Below, piece by piece: positions 1-10,638 of a stretch of 64,000 nucleotides of DNA. A model generated the notes under the pieces. It made no database searches. It saw nothing but the letters and a program-made list of their open reading frames with translations, and was not told the DNA's origin. Location: NCBI GenBank assembly GCA_050013915.1, contig JBEKEI010000011.1, positions 73-64,072 of the forward strand. Reading direction: 5' to 3'. The stretch comes from Roseiarcus sp. (GTDB lineage: Bacteria > Pseudomonadota > Alphaproteobacteria > Rhizobiales > Beijerinckiaceae). A program made the translations under genes and the position numbers. The first letter of the stretch is position 1. Each line of letters begins with the position of its first letter.

Positions 1-530
1 TCCGGGCCGACCTCGTAGGAGCGCCGGGCGATCGTCGGGCCGAGCACGGCGACGATCTCGGCGCGGCGCGCCCCCAATCCCTCCATCGCGGCGACGGTGG
101 CTTCGAGGACGCCGCCGAGCGCGCCGCGCCAGCCGGCGTGCGCGGCCCCGATCACCCCCGCCGCCGGCGCGGCGAACAGCGCGATGCCGCAATCGGCGCC
201 GGTGACGCCGAGGCCGAGCCCGGGCGTGGCGGTGACGAGCGCGTCGCAACGGGGCCGCGCGTCCGGCGGCCAGGGCGCGGCGACGGTCAGCGCGTCGGGC
301 GAGTGCACCTGATAGGGAATCAGGAGCCGCGCCGGCCCGATGCCGAGCGCCTCGGCCATGCGCCGGCGGTTCTCGCCGACCGAATCGGGATCGTCGCGCG
401 ATCCGACGCCGCCGTTGAGCGAAGCGTAGAGACCTCGAGAGACGCCGCCATCGCGCGTGAAGAAGGCGTGCGCGACCCCCGGCGCCCGCAGGCGCTCCGA
501 CTGCAGGAAGCCGGCGCGGCCGTCGCTCAT
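1..530 (-). CDS. pgeF: YfiH/PgeF (DUF152) polyphenol-oxidase-like purine nucleoside phosphorylase, 3' end off window
   Basis: Reverse ORF runs off the left edge. ATG at 530-528 overlaps the upstream stop (ATGA). Translation is MSDGRAGFLQSERLRAPGVAHAFFTRDGGVSRGLYASLNGG...GADCG...AAHAGWRG. The lgt/DUF185/pgeF order is typical of alphaproteobacteria. Confidence 0.8.
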   Translation of the reverse strand, partial: MSDGRAGFLQSERLRAPGVAHAFFTRDGGVSRGLYASLNGGVGSRDDPDSVGENRRRMAEALGIGPARLLIPYQVHSPDALTVAAPWPPDARPRCDALVTATPGLGLGVTGADCGIALFAAPAAGVIGAAHAGWRGALGGVLEATVAAMEGLGARRAEIVAVLGPTIARRSYEVGP

Positions 531-1621
531 GATTCGGTCGCCGGGAATCCCAGGAATCCCGGCGGCGTCGGCAATTGGCCATGGGCGACGACCATGACCT
601 TGAACAGCGCGCCCATCGCGCCGGCGCCCCGGCCGGTCAGCCGCAGCCGCGCCGATTCCACATCGGCGGCCTGGGCGGGGCCGGCGCGGCTGGTCAGCGC
701 CTCGGCGCGCTGGTCGATGCCGAGCGCCCTGAGGAAATCGCCCTGGTCGATCGGCCCGAAGACCGCCGCGCCCGCCGCGCGCGCGCTTCGCGCCATGGCG
801 GCGAAATCCACATGGGCGGTGACGTCGGCCTCGCCGGGATCGGCGAGCGGATCGACCATACGATGCGCGCGCAGGGCCTGCAGCGTGTCGCCAAATCCGG
901 TCGCCACATGGCCATAATCGATGAACAGCGCCAGGCCGCCGTGGCGCGCCACCCGCGCGCCCACCTCGAACATCAAGCGGTGGGCGACGGCGCCGATCTC
1001 CAGCACCTCGCCCTCCTTCGCCTGCGCCTTGATGAAGCGTTCGGGTTCGGGCGCCAGACCGAAGACGAGACCGCCGCCGGCGCCGAGACCGACGAGGCGC
1101 TCGCACCAGCCGCGCGCGCCCGCCACATATTGCCGGATCGGCAGCGCGTCGAGGAATTCGTTGGCGATGATGATCGCCGGGCCCTCGGGCGCCGCCTCGA
1201 ATTGCTCGACCCAGGAAACCGGGGCGCCTGCGGTCAGAAGCGTGTCGTGCTGAACGGCCGCCAGGGTCGGACTCGTCTCGACGAGACAGACGTCGAGCGC
1301 GGCGCGAAATTCCGGCGCCACCCGCGCGGCGCGCAGGGCGTCGCTCATCAGCGTGCCGCGGCCCGGCCCCAATTCGATCAGACGCAGAGGATTGGGGCTT
1401 CCCATCGCCGCCCATACCTCGGCCGCCCACAGGCCGAGCAATTCGCCGAACATCTGGCTGATCTCGGGCGCGGTGGTGAAATCCCCCTCGGCGCCGAACG
1501 GATCGCGCTTCATGTAATAGCCATGCGTCGGATGAGTGAGCGCCAGCGCCATGTAACGCTCCAGCGAGATCGGCCCCTCCTGGCCGATCAACGCCCTGAT
1601 CTCATCCTCCAGCGCGCTCAT
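527..1621 (-). CDS. class I SAM-dependent methyltransferase, DUF185/NDUFAF7 (MidA) family
   Basis: 364-aa ORF MSALEDEIRALIGQEGPISLERYMALALTHPTHGYYMKRDPFGAEGDFTTAPEISQMFGEL. Strong GC3 coding bias. Confidence 0.8.
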   Translation of the reverse strand: MSALEDEIRALIGQEGPISLERYMALALTHPTHGYYMKRDPFGAEGDFTTAPEISQMFGELLGLWAAEVWAAMGSPNPLRLIELGPGRGTLMSDALRAARVAPEFRAALDVCLVETSPTLAAVQHDTLLTAGAPVSWVEQFEAAPEGPAIIIANEFLDALPIRQYVAGARGWCERLVGLGAGGGLVFGLAPEPERFIKAQAKEGEVLEIGAVAHRLMFEVGARVARHGGLALFIDYGHVATGFGDTLQALRAHRMVDPLADPGEADVTAHVDFAAMARSARAAGAAVFGPIDQGDFLRALGIDQRAEALTSRAGPAQAADVESARLRLTGRGAGAMGALFKVMVVAHGQLPTPPGFLGFPATES

Positions 1622-2441
1622 CGGCGCCCCCCCAGCCCGTTCGCAGGCTCCAACCCATCAACCCCAGCCCGAGGATAACGAGCGGCGCCGACAAAACCAT
1701 CCCCATCGTCAATCCCCCGCCGAGGTCCTCGAGGCGCGGATCCGGATCGCGGAAGAATTCGCAGAAGATGCGCGCGAGGCCATAGAGAACGCCGAACGCG
1801 CCGGCGATCAAGCCGGGCCGACGCAAGGCGCCGAGGCGCGCGGCGAGCGCCAGAACCACGAAGACCGCCAGGCCCTCGAGCAGGGCCTCGTAGATCTGGC
1901 TGGGGTGGCGCGGAAGTCCGTCGGAGCCGGGAAAGATGACCGCCCAGGGAACGTCGGTGGGGCGGCCCCAGAGTTCCGGCTTGATGAAATTGGCGATCCG
2001 GCCGAAGAATATTCCGATCGGCGCGGCGAGGCAGGCGAGGTCGAACACCGTCGCGATCGGCGCATGATAGCGCCAGGAGAACAGCGCGATGCCAACCGAG
2101 GCGCCGAGCAGGCCGCCGTGGAACGCCATGCCGCCTTCCCAGACCTTGAGGATGTCGACCGGGTGGGCGAAATAATAGCCGGGATCGTAGAACAGGACAT
2201 TGCCGAGCCGCCCGCCGACGATGACGCCGAGGGCGCAATAGACGAGGAGGTCGTCGACATCGGCCGGACTGGGGCGCGCGGCGCCGCGCCAAACCGAGTC
2301 GGCCGCCAGAACGCGCCGGATGAGCGCCCAGCCGAGAATGAGACCTGCGACATAGGAGAGCGCGTACCAGCGAATCGCGAGCGGACCCAACTGAACGAGG
2401 ATCGGACTGATCGCTGGAAAGGGCAGAGCGAGAAGCGGCAT
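1602..2441 (-). CDS. lgt: prolipoprotein diacylglyceryl transferase
   Basis: 279-aa polytopic ORF MPLLALPFPAISPILVQLGPLAIRWYALSYVAGLILGW...HGGLLG...RIANFI...HPSQIYEALLEG, a typical Lgt. Confidence 0.9.
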   Translation of the reverse strand: MPLLALPFPAISPILVQLGPLAIRWYALSYVAGLILGWALIRRVLAADSVWRGAARPSPADVDDLLVYCALGVIVGGRLGNVLFYDPGYYFAHPVDILKVWEGGMAFHGGLLGASVGIALFSWRYHAPIATVFDLACLAAPIGIFFGRIANFIKPELWGRPTDVPWAVIFPGSDGLPRHPSQIYEALLEGLAVFVVLALAARLGALRRPGLIAGAFGVLYGLARIFCEFFRDPDPRLEDLGGGLTMGMVLSAPLVILGLGLMGWSLRTGWGGADERAGG

Positions 2442-2594
2442 GCGTGTCGCCCTGATGCGCCGGCGCGGGCCCTTGCGTCAAGGCCGTTGGCCCGAGGAAC
2501 GGCGTTTGCGCGCCGGTTTCGCGCCGCCGGGGGGCGAATATCGGCGTGTGGACCTCTGGATCGTTGCGATGGCGCGCGCTTTACGATAAAGGCG

Positions 2595-2912
2595 ATGAAC
2601 TTTCTCGGGCGCATCGAGGCGGAGAGCATGGCGGACGATCATTCAGCCGCGGCGGTCGAGGGCGACATGGACCTGGCCGCGCACGAGGAGACCTACGGGT
2701 CGTTCGTCGCGCTCACCGAAACCACCGTCGTCACCCTGATCTGCCTCGTGCTCGAACTGGTCCTGTGGGGGCTCGAAGGCCAGGGGTTCGTCGCCTTCAT
2801 AGGTTTCGTCCTCACCGCCGGAGCCGCCGCATTCGGCTGGATGACCGGCCTGGCCTGGCGCGCCGTCGCGCCGGTCCTGGTCCTGATGGGGCTCGCCTGC
2901 ATCGTCCTCTAG
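2595..2912 (+). CDS. small membrane protein with aa3-type cytochrome oxidase subunit IV-like motif
   Basis: Tail of the 1905..2912 frame. HEETYGSFVALTETTVVTLICLVL is followed by a second TM segment. Start is ATG 2595 or ATG 2628. Confidence 0.55.
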   Translation: MNFLGRIEAESMADDHSAAAVEGDMDLAAHEETYGSFVALTETTVVTLICLVLELVLWGLEGQGFVAFIGFVLTAGAAAFGWMTGLAWRAVAPVLVLMGLACIVL

Positions 2913-2975
2913 CGATATGGCGCTTCGCGGCGGCCATGCGCCCTCCATCGTCCCCCGTCGCCAGAGGTTCGAACC

Positions 2976-4112
2976 ATGCTGATTGGCGTCGTCGCCGAAA
3001 CGGATCCCCTGGAGACGCGTGTCGCGGCGAGCGCGGAGACGGTCAAGAAGTTCGTCGCGCTCGGGGCGGAAGCGGTCGTCCAGCGCGGGGCCGGGCTCGC
3101 CGCCGGGATCGCCGACTCGGACTATGAGGCCGCAGGCGCGAAAATGGCGTCGGCCGCCGAGATTCTCGGGAAGGCCGACGTGCTCCTGAAGGTGCGGCGG
3201 CCGAGCGGCGTCGAACTCACGCAGATCAGGCGAGGCGCGATCGTCGTCGCGATCATGGATCCCTATGGCCACGGGCCGGCGCTCGAGGCGATGGCCGCGG
3301 CCGGCGTCCAGGCCTTCGCGATGGAGCTCATGCCGCGGATCACCCGCGCCCAGGTCATGGACGTCCTGTCGAGCCAGGCCAATCTGGCGGGCTATCGCGC
3401 GGTCATCGACGCGGCGAGCGAATATGGCCGCGTGATTCCGATGATGATGACGCCGGCGGGAACCGTCCCCGCGGCGAGAATATTCGTCATGGGCGTCGGC
3501 GTCGCCGGCCTGCAGGCGATCGCGACTGCGCGCCGGCTCGGGGCGGTCGTCACGGCGACCGACGTCCGTCCGGCGACGAAGGAGCAGGTGGAATCGCTCG
3601 GCGCGAAATTCGTCGCGGTGGAGGACGAGGAATTCAGGCAGGCCGAGACTTCCGGCGGCTACGCCAAGGAAATGTCGAAAGATTATCAGGCCAAGCAGGC
3701 TGCGCTGGTCGCCGCCCACATCGCCAAGCAGGACATCGTGGTGACGACCGCGCTGATCCCCGGCCGTCCCGCGCCGCGCCTCGTTTCGGCGGAAATGGTC
3801 GCCTCGATGCGGCCCGGCTCGGTCATCGTCGATCTGGCGGTCGAGCGCGGCGGCAATTGCGAGCTCGCCAAGGCGGGCGAACTGGTCGCGACGCCCGGCG
3901 GCGTCAAGATCGTCGGCTATTCCAGCGTCACGCGTCTGGCCGCGACCGCCTCCAGCCTCTACGCGCGCAACCTGTTCGCCTTCGTCGAAACCATGATCGA
4001 CAAGGCGAGCAAGTCGCTGGCGATCAACTGGGACGACGAATTGGTCAAGGCGACCTGCCTGACCCGCGACGGGGCGCTCGTTCATCCCTTGTTCCAGCGC
4101 AAGCCGGATTGA
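2976..4112 (+). CDS. pntAA: NAD(P) transhydrogenase subunit alpha part 1
   Basis: 378 aa, MLIGVVAETDPLETRVAASAETVKKFVALGAEAVVQRGAG...VMGVGVAGLQAIATARRLGA (Rossmann fold). Confidence 0.9.
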   Translation: MLIGVVAETDPLETRVAASAETVKKFVALGAEAVVQRGAGLAAGIADSDYEAAGAKMASAAEILGKADVLLKVRRPSGVELTQIRRGAIVVAIMDPYGHGPALEAMAAAGVQAFAMELMPRITRAQVMDVLSSQANLAGYRAVIDAASEYGRVIPMMMTPAGTVPAARIFVMGVGVAGLQAIATARRLGAVVTATDVRPATKEQVESLGAKFVAVEDEEFRQAETSGGYAKEMSKDYQAKQAALVAAHIAKQDIVVTTALIPGRPAPRLVSAEMVASMRPGSVIVDLAVERGGNCELAKAGELVATPGGVKIVGYSSVTRLAATASSLYARNLFAFVETMIDKASKSLAINWDDELVKATCLTRDGALVHPLFQRKPD

Positions 4113-4168
4113 CGCTCGCGACTGACCGGCGCGCTCGGCGCCCGCGCCTTTGACGCCAAGAGGGGCAA

Positions 4169-4600
4169 ATGGACACCATCGACCAGACAGTCTCCAAGCT
4201 GAAAGCGGCGGCCGACGCCGCAGAGCAGGCGGCGCGCGCCGCGCAGAGCTACGCCGATCAGCTCGCCGCGGCCGGCCATGTCGCCACCGGCGGCGCCGTC
4301 GATCCCGTCGTGTTCCGCCTGGCGATTTTCGCGCTGGCGGTGTTCGTCGGCTATTATGTGGTCTGGTCGGTCACGCCGGCGCTGCACACGCCGCTGATGT
4401 CGGTGACCAACGCGATTTCCTCGGTCATCGTCGTGGGCGCCCTGCTGTCGGTCGGCGTCGGGGGAATCGAGAGCGGCTCGGGGTTCGCGCGCGCGGTCGG
4501 CTTCTTCGCCCTGATCCTCGCCTCCGTGAACATATTCGGCGGCTTCACCGTCACCGAGCGCATGCTCGCGATGTACAAGAAGAAGGGGGCGTCCAAGTGA
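4169..4600 (+). CDS. pntAB: NAD(P) transhydrogenase subunit alpha part 2 (membrane)
   Basis: 143 aa. Contains [45 protein letters not shown]. Confidence 0.9.
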   Translation: MDTIDQTVSKLKAAADAAEQAARAAQSYADQLAAAGHVATGGAVDPVVFRLAIFALAVFVGYYVVWSVTPALHTPLMSVTNAISSVIVVGALLSVGVGGIESGSGFARAVGFFALILASVNIFGGFTVTERMLAMYKKKGASK

Positions 4601-5997
4601 ACGCCAACCTCGCCGCGCTCCTTTACCTCGTCGCCGGCGTCCTCTTCATCCTCGCGCTGCGCGGCCTGTCCTCGCCAGCCAGTTCGCGCCAGGGCAACCG
4701 CTTCGGCATGATCGGCATGGCGATCGCCGTGCTCACCACGCTGGCGCTCAGCCCGCCGGCGACATTGTTCTCCTGGGTTCTCGTCGCAGCGGGCTTTGCG
4801 ATCGGCGGCGGCGTCGGCGTGTGGCGCGCGCGGACCGTGCAGATGACCGCGATGCCGCAGCTGGTGGCGATGTTCCACTCGCTGGTCGGTCTGGCCGCCG
4901 TCCTGGTGGCGGCGGGCGCGCTCTACGCGCCGCAGGCGTTCGGCATCGGCGAGCGCGGCGACATCCATGGCGCCAGCCTCGTCGAAATGTCGGTCGGCCT
5001 GGCGATCGGCGCGATGACCTTCACCGGCTCGATCATCGCCTTCCTCAAGCTGGACGGCCGGATGTCGGGCAAGCCGATCATGCTGCCGCAGCGCCATGTC
5101 ATCAATCTCGGACTCGCGATCGCGCTCGTTGTGATGGTCGTCCTGTTCGTGACGACGCAATCGCCCGCCTTCTTCTGGCTGATCGCGCTCGCCGCGCTGG
5201 CGCTCGGCGTCCTGCTGATCGTCCCGATCGGCGGCGCCGACATGCCGGTCGTCGTGTCGATGCTCAATTCCTACTCCGGCTGGGCTGCGGCGGGCATCGG
5301 CTTCACCCTCGGCAATCTGGCGCTGATCATCACCGGCGCGCTGGTCGGCTCCTCGGGCGCGATCCTGTCCTACATCATGTGCAAGGGGATGAATCGCTCG
5401 TTCATCGCGGTCATCCTCGGCGGTTTCGGCGGCGAGGTGGCGGGGGCGGCGGGCGCGGTCGAGGCTCGGCCGGTCAAGCAGGGTTCGGCGGAAGACGCCG
5501 CCTTCATGATGAAGAACGCGTCCAAGGTGATCATCGTGCCGGGCTACGGCATGGCGGTCGCCCAGGCGCAGCACGCCCTGCGCGAAATGGCCGAGATGCT
5601 CAAGAAGGATGGCGTCGAGGTCAAATACGCGATCCATCCCGTCGCCGGGCGCATGCCGGGCCATATGAACGTCCTGCTCGCCGAGGCCAACGTGCCCTAT
5701 GACGAAGTGTTCGAACTCGAGGACATCAACAGCGAATTCGCCCAGGCGGACGTCGCCTATGTCATCGGCGCCAACGACGTGACCAATCCCGCCGCCAAGA
5801 CCGATCCGAAATCGCCGATCTTCGGCATGCCGATTCTCGATGTCGAGAAGGCCAAGACGGTGCTGTTCGTCAAGCGCGGCATGGGTTCGGGCTATGCCGG
5901 CGTCGAGAACGAGCTGTTCTTCCGCGACAACACGATGATGCTGTTCGGCGACGCCAAGAAGGTGACCGATTCGATCGTCAAGGCGCTCGCCCATTAG
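4597..5997 (+). CDS. pntB: NAD(P) transhydrogenase subunit beta
   Basis: GTG 4597 overlaps the pntAB stop (GTGA). [27 protein letters not shown]...[11 protein letters not shown]...[18 protein letters not shown]. Confidence 0.9.
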   Translation: MNANLAALLYLVAGVLFILALRGLSSPASSRQGNRFGMIGMAIAVLTTLALSPPATLFSWVLVAAGFAIGGGVGVWRARTVQMTAMPQLVAMFHSLVGLAAVLVAAGALYAPQAFGIGERGDIHGASLVEMSVGLAIGAMTFTGSIIAFLKLDGRMSGKPIMLPQRHVINLGLAIALVVMVVLFVTTQSPAFFWLIALAALALGVLLIVPIGGADMPVVVSMLNSYSGWAAAGIGFTLGNLALIITGALVGSSGAILSYIMCKGMNRSFIAVILGGFGGEVAGAAGAVEARPVKQGSAEDAAFMMKNASKVIIVPGYGMAVAQAQHALREMAEMLKKDGVEVKYAIHPVAGRMPGHMNVLLAEANVPYDEVFELEDINSEFAQADVAYVIGANDVTNPAAKTDPKSPIFGMPILDVEKAKTVLFVKRGMGSGYAGVENELFFRDNTMMLFGDAKKVTDSIVKALAH

Positions 5998-6044
5998 GCG
6001 CGCGGTTCGAGCAGATTGGCGCCGCCCGCGATCTCGCCGTCCTC

Positions 6045-6938
6045 ATGCGGCGGGGGCAGACCGACGAGGCCGCTCGCTTGCCTGATTCGCGCCGCGCGCC
6101 GGGACGCCGCATGCGCCTGCCGGCGCGCAGGGCCGTCGTGATCGTCCTCGGCGTGGGCGCCGGCCTCTACCTGGCGGCGCTGCTGGCGCTCGCCCTCGGC
6201 CAGCGCAAGATCCTGTATCTGCCCTATGCGCGCATCGTCGAACCGGCCGCGGTCGGGCTGCCGCGGGCGCAGGTCCTCCGGCTGCCCACGGATGACGGCG
6301 AAACCCTGCTGGCCTGGTTCGTCGCGCCCGCGCCGGGCCGGCCGCTGATCCTCTATTTCCATGGCAACGCCAATGGACTGGCCGACCGCGGCGAGCGGTT
6401 CCGGGCGCTGACCAGTTCAGGCGCCGGGCTTCTCGCCGTCGAGTATCGCGGCTATCCCGGCTCGACCGGCGCGCCGACCGAACGAGGGCTGCTGATCGAT
6501 GGCCAGACGGCCTACGCCAAGGCGCTGGCGCTCGGAATTCCCGCCGACCGAATCGTCGCGATGGGCGAATCGCTCGGATCCGGCGTGGCCGTCGACCTCG
6601 CCATGCGTCGCAAGGTCGGCGCCGTGGCGCTCGATTCCCCCTATTCCTCGACGGTCGACGTCGCCGCGGCGCAGTACTGGATGTTTCCGGTGCGTCTCCT
6701 GATGCGCGACCAGTTCCGGTCCGACGAGAAGATCGGCGGGGTCACGGCGCCGCTGCTGATCGTGCACGGATCCGCCGATCGGACGATCCCGATTCGCTTT
6801 GGAGAAAGGCTGTTCGCGCTCGCCAACGAGCCGAAGACCTTCATGCGGATCGAGGGCGCCGGCCATCTCGCGCTCGGGACCGTCATCCCGAGGGTGTCGG
6901 CGTGGATCGATCAGGCGTTGGCGCAGGCGCCGCGGTGA
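6045..6938 (+). CDS. alpha/beta-fold hydrolase with N-terminal membrane anchor
   Basis: 297 aa. LYFHGNA, nucleophile elbow GESLGSG and HGSADRTIP motifs. An alternative start is ATG 6111. Confidence 0.75.
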   Translation: MRRGQTDEAARLPDSRRAPGRRMRLPARRAVVIVLGVGAGLYLAALLALALGQRKILYLPYARIVEPAAVGLPRAQVLRLPTDDGETLLAWFVAPAPGRPLILYFHGNANGLADRGERFRALTSSGAGLLAVEYRGYPGSTGAPTERGLLIDGQTAYAKALALGIPADRIVAMGESLGSGVAVDLAMRRKVGAVALDSPYSSTVDVAAAQYWMFPVRLLMRDQFRSDEKIGGVTAPLLIVHGSADRTIPIRFGERLFALANEPKTFMRIEGAGHLALGTVIPRVSAWIDQALAQAPR

Positions 6939-6951
6939 CCCGGGGACGCCG

Positions 6952-7788
6952 CTACCGGAGACGGGCCAAGCCGTCGCGGGCGAGCTGATCGGAGGGATCG
7001 ACGGCGATCGCGCGGCTGTAGGATTCCATCGCCTTGGCCTTGTTGTTCTGCTTTTCGTAGGCGACGCCGAGCCCCGCCCAGGCGTCGGCGTTCTTGGCGT
7101 CGACGTTGAGCGCGGCGTTGAAATCCTCGATCGCGGCGTCATATTTGCCGGTGTCGAGCAGGCTCTGTCCGCGCGCCTGATAGGGCGCCGCGGCGAACGG
7201 ATCGCGATCGATCGCGTTGTTGAAATCGGTGATCGCCTGGGCGTGATTGCCCTGGCGCTGGTAGATCAGGCCCCGCGCGTGAAAGGCCTGCGCGCCTTCC
7301 GGATTGAGGGCGATGACCTGGTCGAGATCGGCGAGCGCCTCCGGCAGATGGCCCTGCGCGCGCAGGAGGTTGGCGCGGCCGAGATAGGCCGGCGCGTGTT
7401 TGGGGTTTGCAGCGATCGCCTGGTTGAAATCGGCCAGAGCCAGACCGTCCTCGCGCATCTGGCGGTGGGCGAGCGCGCGATTCGTGTAGGCGGCGGCAAA
7501 ATTCGGGTCGATCTGAACCGCCTTGGTGAAATCCTCGATCGCGTTCTGGTAGCGCCCGATCTTGGCGTAAGCGGCCCCGCGCGTATTGTAGGCGACGGAA
7601 TCATTGGGATTGCGTTGGATGACGTCGGTCAGCGACTGAATGTTGGCCGAACTGGCGCCGGTCGGCGGCTCGCGCTCGCCATAGTCCGGCGGCGGCGTGA
7701 CGAATCCGGCGGTCTCGCAGCCCGCCAGCGCGAACCCCGCCGCCAGGGCCAGAGCCCGAATCGTGGAAACGCCCCTGAGCCCTACCAT
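6952..7788 (-). CDS. tetratricopeptide-repeat lipoprotein
   Basis: MVGLRGVSTIRALALAAGFALAGC lipobox followed by about 7 TPR units (AYxxRGxAY...). The ORF stays open up to 7854, but ATG 7788 gives a proper lipoprotein signal. Confidence 0.75.
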   Translation of the reverse strand: MVGLRGVSTIRALALAAGFALAGCETAGFVTPPPDYGEREPPTGASSANIQSLTDVIQRNPNDSVAYNTRGAAYAKIGRYQNAIEDFTKAVQIDPNFAAAYTNRALAHRQMREDGLALADFNQAIAANPKHAPAYLGRANLLRAQGHLPEALADLDQVIALNPEGAQAFHARGLIYQRQGNHAQAITDFNNAIDRDPFAAAPYQARGQSLLDTGKYDAAIEDFNAALNVDAKNADAWAGLGVAYEKQNNKAKAMESYSRAIAVDPSDQLARDGLARLR

Positions 7789-7894
7789 CGTCCCGTCCAG
7801 ATTTCGTCGCGGCGGCCCATGGCGCGTGCGCCCGATGGCGCGGCGGCCTGCCAAGCCGAACGCCGAACCCTCGGCGCCCGGGCCCGAGACATCC

Positions 7895-8137
7895 TCAGCG
7901 GGGCGCGCCCATCACCGGCTTGGGCTTCATCGGCAGCAGGCCTTCGCGCTGCAGCTTCTTGCGCGCGAGCTTGCGCGCCCGGCGGATCGCCTCGGCCTTT
8001 TCGCGCGCGCGCTTCTCGGAGGGCTTCTCGTAATGGCCGCGCAGTTTCATCTCGCGGAAAATGCCCTCGCGCTGCATCTTCTTCTTGAGCGCCTTGAGGG
8101 CCTGATCGACATTGTTGTCGCGAACGAGAACTTGCAC
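7895..8137 (-). CDS. rpsU: 30S ribosomal protein S21
   Basis: [56 protein letters not shown]. Confidence 0.9.
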   Translation of the reverse strand: MQVLVRDNNVDQALKALKKKMQREGIFREMKLRGHYEKPSEKRAREKAEAIRRARKLARKKLQREGLLPMKPKPVMGAPR

Positions 8138-8264
8138 GGGCGATCCTGTTTCTTGCGCCGGCCTCGGCCTGGCAAGGGAATTGGGGGCGAATTGGACAAC
8201 ACAAACCCCGGGCCCCGCGAGAGCGCCCTGAAGGTTCGGATGCGCGCGAGTAGCAGAACGACGG

Positions 8265-9377
8265 CTAATTGTCCAGAGATTGTCCGGGCTCGTTCGGCGG
8301 CGCGCGGACGAGGCGGGTGTAATGCCCCATCTTGCGACCGGGGCGCGCTTCCATCTTGCCGTAGAGATGCAGGCTGAGATCGGGCTCGGCGAGAATCTCG
8401 CGCCAGCGCGCCGCCTCCGCGCCGATCAGATTGCGCATTTCGATGCGGCCGCGCCGCGTGGCGGCGCCGAGCGGCCAGCCGGCGATCGCGCGCAAATGCT
8501 GCTCGAACTGCGAGGTCTGCGCGCCGTCGATCGTCCAATGCCCGGAATTGTGGACGCGCGGCGCCAGTTCGTTGACGACGAGCGCCTCGGCGCCGCCGGC
8601 GTCGCGGGTGACGAACATTTCGACGGCGAGCACGCCGACATAGTCGAGCGCGTCCATCACCTGGCGGGCGATCTCGCGGGCGCGCGCCGCGGTCGCCGGC
8701 GCGACGTCGGCGGGCACCCGGGTTCGCGCCAGAATGTGATTTTCGTGTTCGTTTTCGCACAGGTCGAACGCCGCAAAGGCGCCGTCGACGCCGCGCGCGG
8801 CGACCACGGAGACCTCGCGCTCGAAATCGACGAACCCCTCGACGATCGCCGGGGCGCCGTCGAGAGCGGCGTGCAGCGGGGCCAGTTCGGCGCCTTCGCG
8901 GATCAGCGCCTGCCCCTTGCCGTCATAGCCGAACCGGCGCGTCTTCAGCACGGCCGGCCGCCCGAACGCGCCGACGGCGCGCTTCAGCGCGTCGAAATCG
9001 TCGACGGCGGCGAACGGCGCGGTCGCCAGACCCAGATCGCGCAGGAAGGATTTTTCGACCAGCCGATCCTGGGTCAGGGCGAGGGCGCGCACGCCCGGGC
9101 GAACCGGGCGAAGGTTCGAAAGAAAATCGACGCAGGCGGTCGGCACGTTCTCGAATTCATAGGTGATCACGTCGACGGCGCCGGCGAACAGCGCGAGCGC
9201 GGCCTCGTCCGCGTAGGAGCCGGTGGTCCGCGCGCTCGCCACGTCGAAGGCCGGCGCTTCGGACTCGGGAGCGAACACGTGGCTGCGCAGGCCCAGCCGG
9301 GCGCCCGCCATCGCGAGCATCCGGCCGAGCTGTCCGGCGCCCAGAATGCCGATCGTCGCCCCGGGGCTCACAATCAT
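8265..9377 (-). CDS. purK: 5-(carboxyamino)imidazole ribonucleotide synthase
   Basis: 370-aa ATP-grasp [17 protein letters not shown]...[14 protein letters not shown]...[14 protein letters not shown]. Confidence 0.9.
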   Translation of the reverse strand: MIVSPGATIGILGAGQLGRMLAMAGARLGLRSHVFAPESEAPAFDVASARTTGSYADEAALALFAGAVDVITYEFENVPTACVDFLSNLRPVRPGVRALALTQDRLVEKSFLRDLGLATAPFAAVDDFDALKRAVGAFGRPAVLKTRRFGYDGKGQALIREGAELAPLHAALDGAPAIVEGFVDFEREVSVVAARGVDGAFAAFDLCENEHENHILARTRVPADVAPATAARAREIARQVMDALDYVGVLAVEMFVTRDAGGAEALVVNELAPRVHNSGHWTIDGAQTSQFEQHLRAIAGWPLGAATRRGRIEMRNLIGAEAARWREILAEPDLSLHLYGKMEARPGRKMGHYTRLVRAPPNEPGQSLDN

Positions 9378-9895
9378 GGCGGCGCGCCGCCTCCGTCCGA
9401 CGGCCGTTCCGCGACCGCGGCGGCGCCGGCGACGCGCCAGGCGTCGAGCCGGTCGGCCAGGGCGGCGTCGCTGAGAGCGAGCACGGCGGCGGCGAGGAGC
9501 GCGGCGTTGACCGCGCCGGCCTCGCCGATCGCCAGCGCGCCCACCGGGACGCCGGCCGGCATCTGGACGATCGAAAGCAGGCTGTCCTGGCCCGAAAGCG
9601 CCTTTGAGGCGACCGGAACGCCGAACACCGGCAGCGGCGTGAACGCAGCCGTCATGCCCGGGAGATGGGCGGCGCCGCCGGCGCCGGCGATGACGACCTT
9701 GAACCCGGCCGCGCGCGCCCCCTTGGCGAATGCGACCAGACGGTCGGGCGTGCGATGGGCCGAAATGATCAAGGCCTCGTAGCCGATCGCCAGTTCGTCG
9801 AGGGTCCGCGTGGCGCGCCGCATCGTCGCCCAGTCCGACTGGCTGCCCATGATCACGGCAACGGGTTTATTGTTGGGCGCCAAGGGCTTGTCCAC
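9374..9895 (-). CDS. purE: 5-(carboxyamino)imidazole ribonucleotide mutase
   Basis: [14 protein letters not shown]...[10 protein letters not shown]...[13 protein letters not shown]. Its stop overlaps the purK start. Confidence 0.9.
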   Translation of the reverse strand: MDKPLAPNNKPVAVIMGSQSDWATMRRATRTLDELAIGYEALIISAHRTPDRLVAFAKGARAAGFKVVIAGAGGAAHLPGMTAAFTPLPVFGVPVASKALSGQDSLLSIVQMPAGVPVGALAIGEAGAVNAALLAAAVLALSDAALADRLDAWRVAGAAAVAERPSDGGGAPP

Positions 9896-9976
9896 TCGCG
9901 GCAGCGTCGATGCGGATGGGGGAACCGCATAGACGAAGGCCGCCGGCCATGCAAGACGGGAAGTCGGGCGCGCCCG

Positions 9977-10198
9977 TCACGCGATGATGTCGGGCGTGGT
10001 CATGTCTTCGAGCATCGCGAGTCGGTCCCGCAATGCGAGCTTGCGCTTCTTGATCCGCTGCATCTGCAGGCGATCCGCCGCGCCCGCCTGGGTCAGCGCC
10101 TCGATCGCGACGTCGAGATCACGGTGTTCCTCGCGCAGGCGCTCGATCTGACGTCGCAGTTCGATGCGCTCGGCCTCGCTCAACTCTTGCTGCGCCAT
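9977..10198 (-). CDS. DUF465 (YdcH-like) small coiled-coil protein
   Basis: 73 aa from ATG 10198: MAQQELSEAERIELRRQIERLREEHRDLDVAIEAL...LQMQRIKKRKLALRDRLAMLED. Confidence 0.65.
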   Translation of the reverse strand: MAQQELSEAERIELRRQIERLREEHRDLDVAIEALTQAGAADRLQMQRIKKRKLALRDRLAMLEDMTTPDIIA

Positions 10199-10449
10199 GC
10201 GGTTCGCTCGGCTGATTCGTTTCTCAAACTCGGCCGGAAGCCAAATTATGCGTGCGGCGAGGCCGCTCCGCAAGCGTCGGCAGGGGCACAATTGGCCGAT
10301 CATTACCCAATCGTTGCGACGCGTCGCGCCGATTCCGGCAATTGGACCATCTTTTTGAAAGAATTGATCGCCGTCCGACCAGTCCCGCCTTGAATCGGGC
10401 GGCGAACGTGTCACAATTTCGTTGTCGATCACAACAAGGGAGTTTCTTG

Positions 10450-10638
10450 ATGTCCCTGGATTCGCACCTCACCGAGCTCGAGCGTCGTCACCGTGCGATC
10501 GAGCATGCGATCGCGGCGGAAACATTGCATCCGGCGACCGACGATTTGAAACTCATCGAATTGAAACGCAGAAAATTATCGTTGAAGGACGAGATCGAGA
10601 AGTTGCGGCAGGAACGGCTTCTGGCCACGGCGCATTAG
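10450..10638 (+). CDS. DUF465 (YdcH-like) small coiled-coil protein
   Basis: 62 aa from ATG 10450: MSLDSHLTELERRHRAIEHAIAAE...LKLIELKRRKLSLKDEIEKLR. Divergent from its paralog at 9977..10198. Confidence 0.65.
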   Translation: MSLDSHLTELERRHRAIEHAIAAETLHPATDDLKLIELKRRKLSLKDEIEKLRQERLLATAH

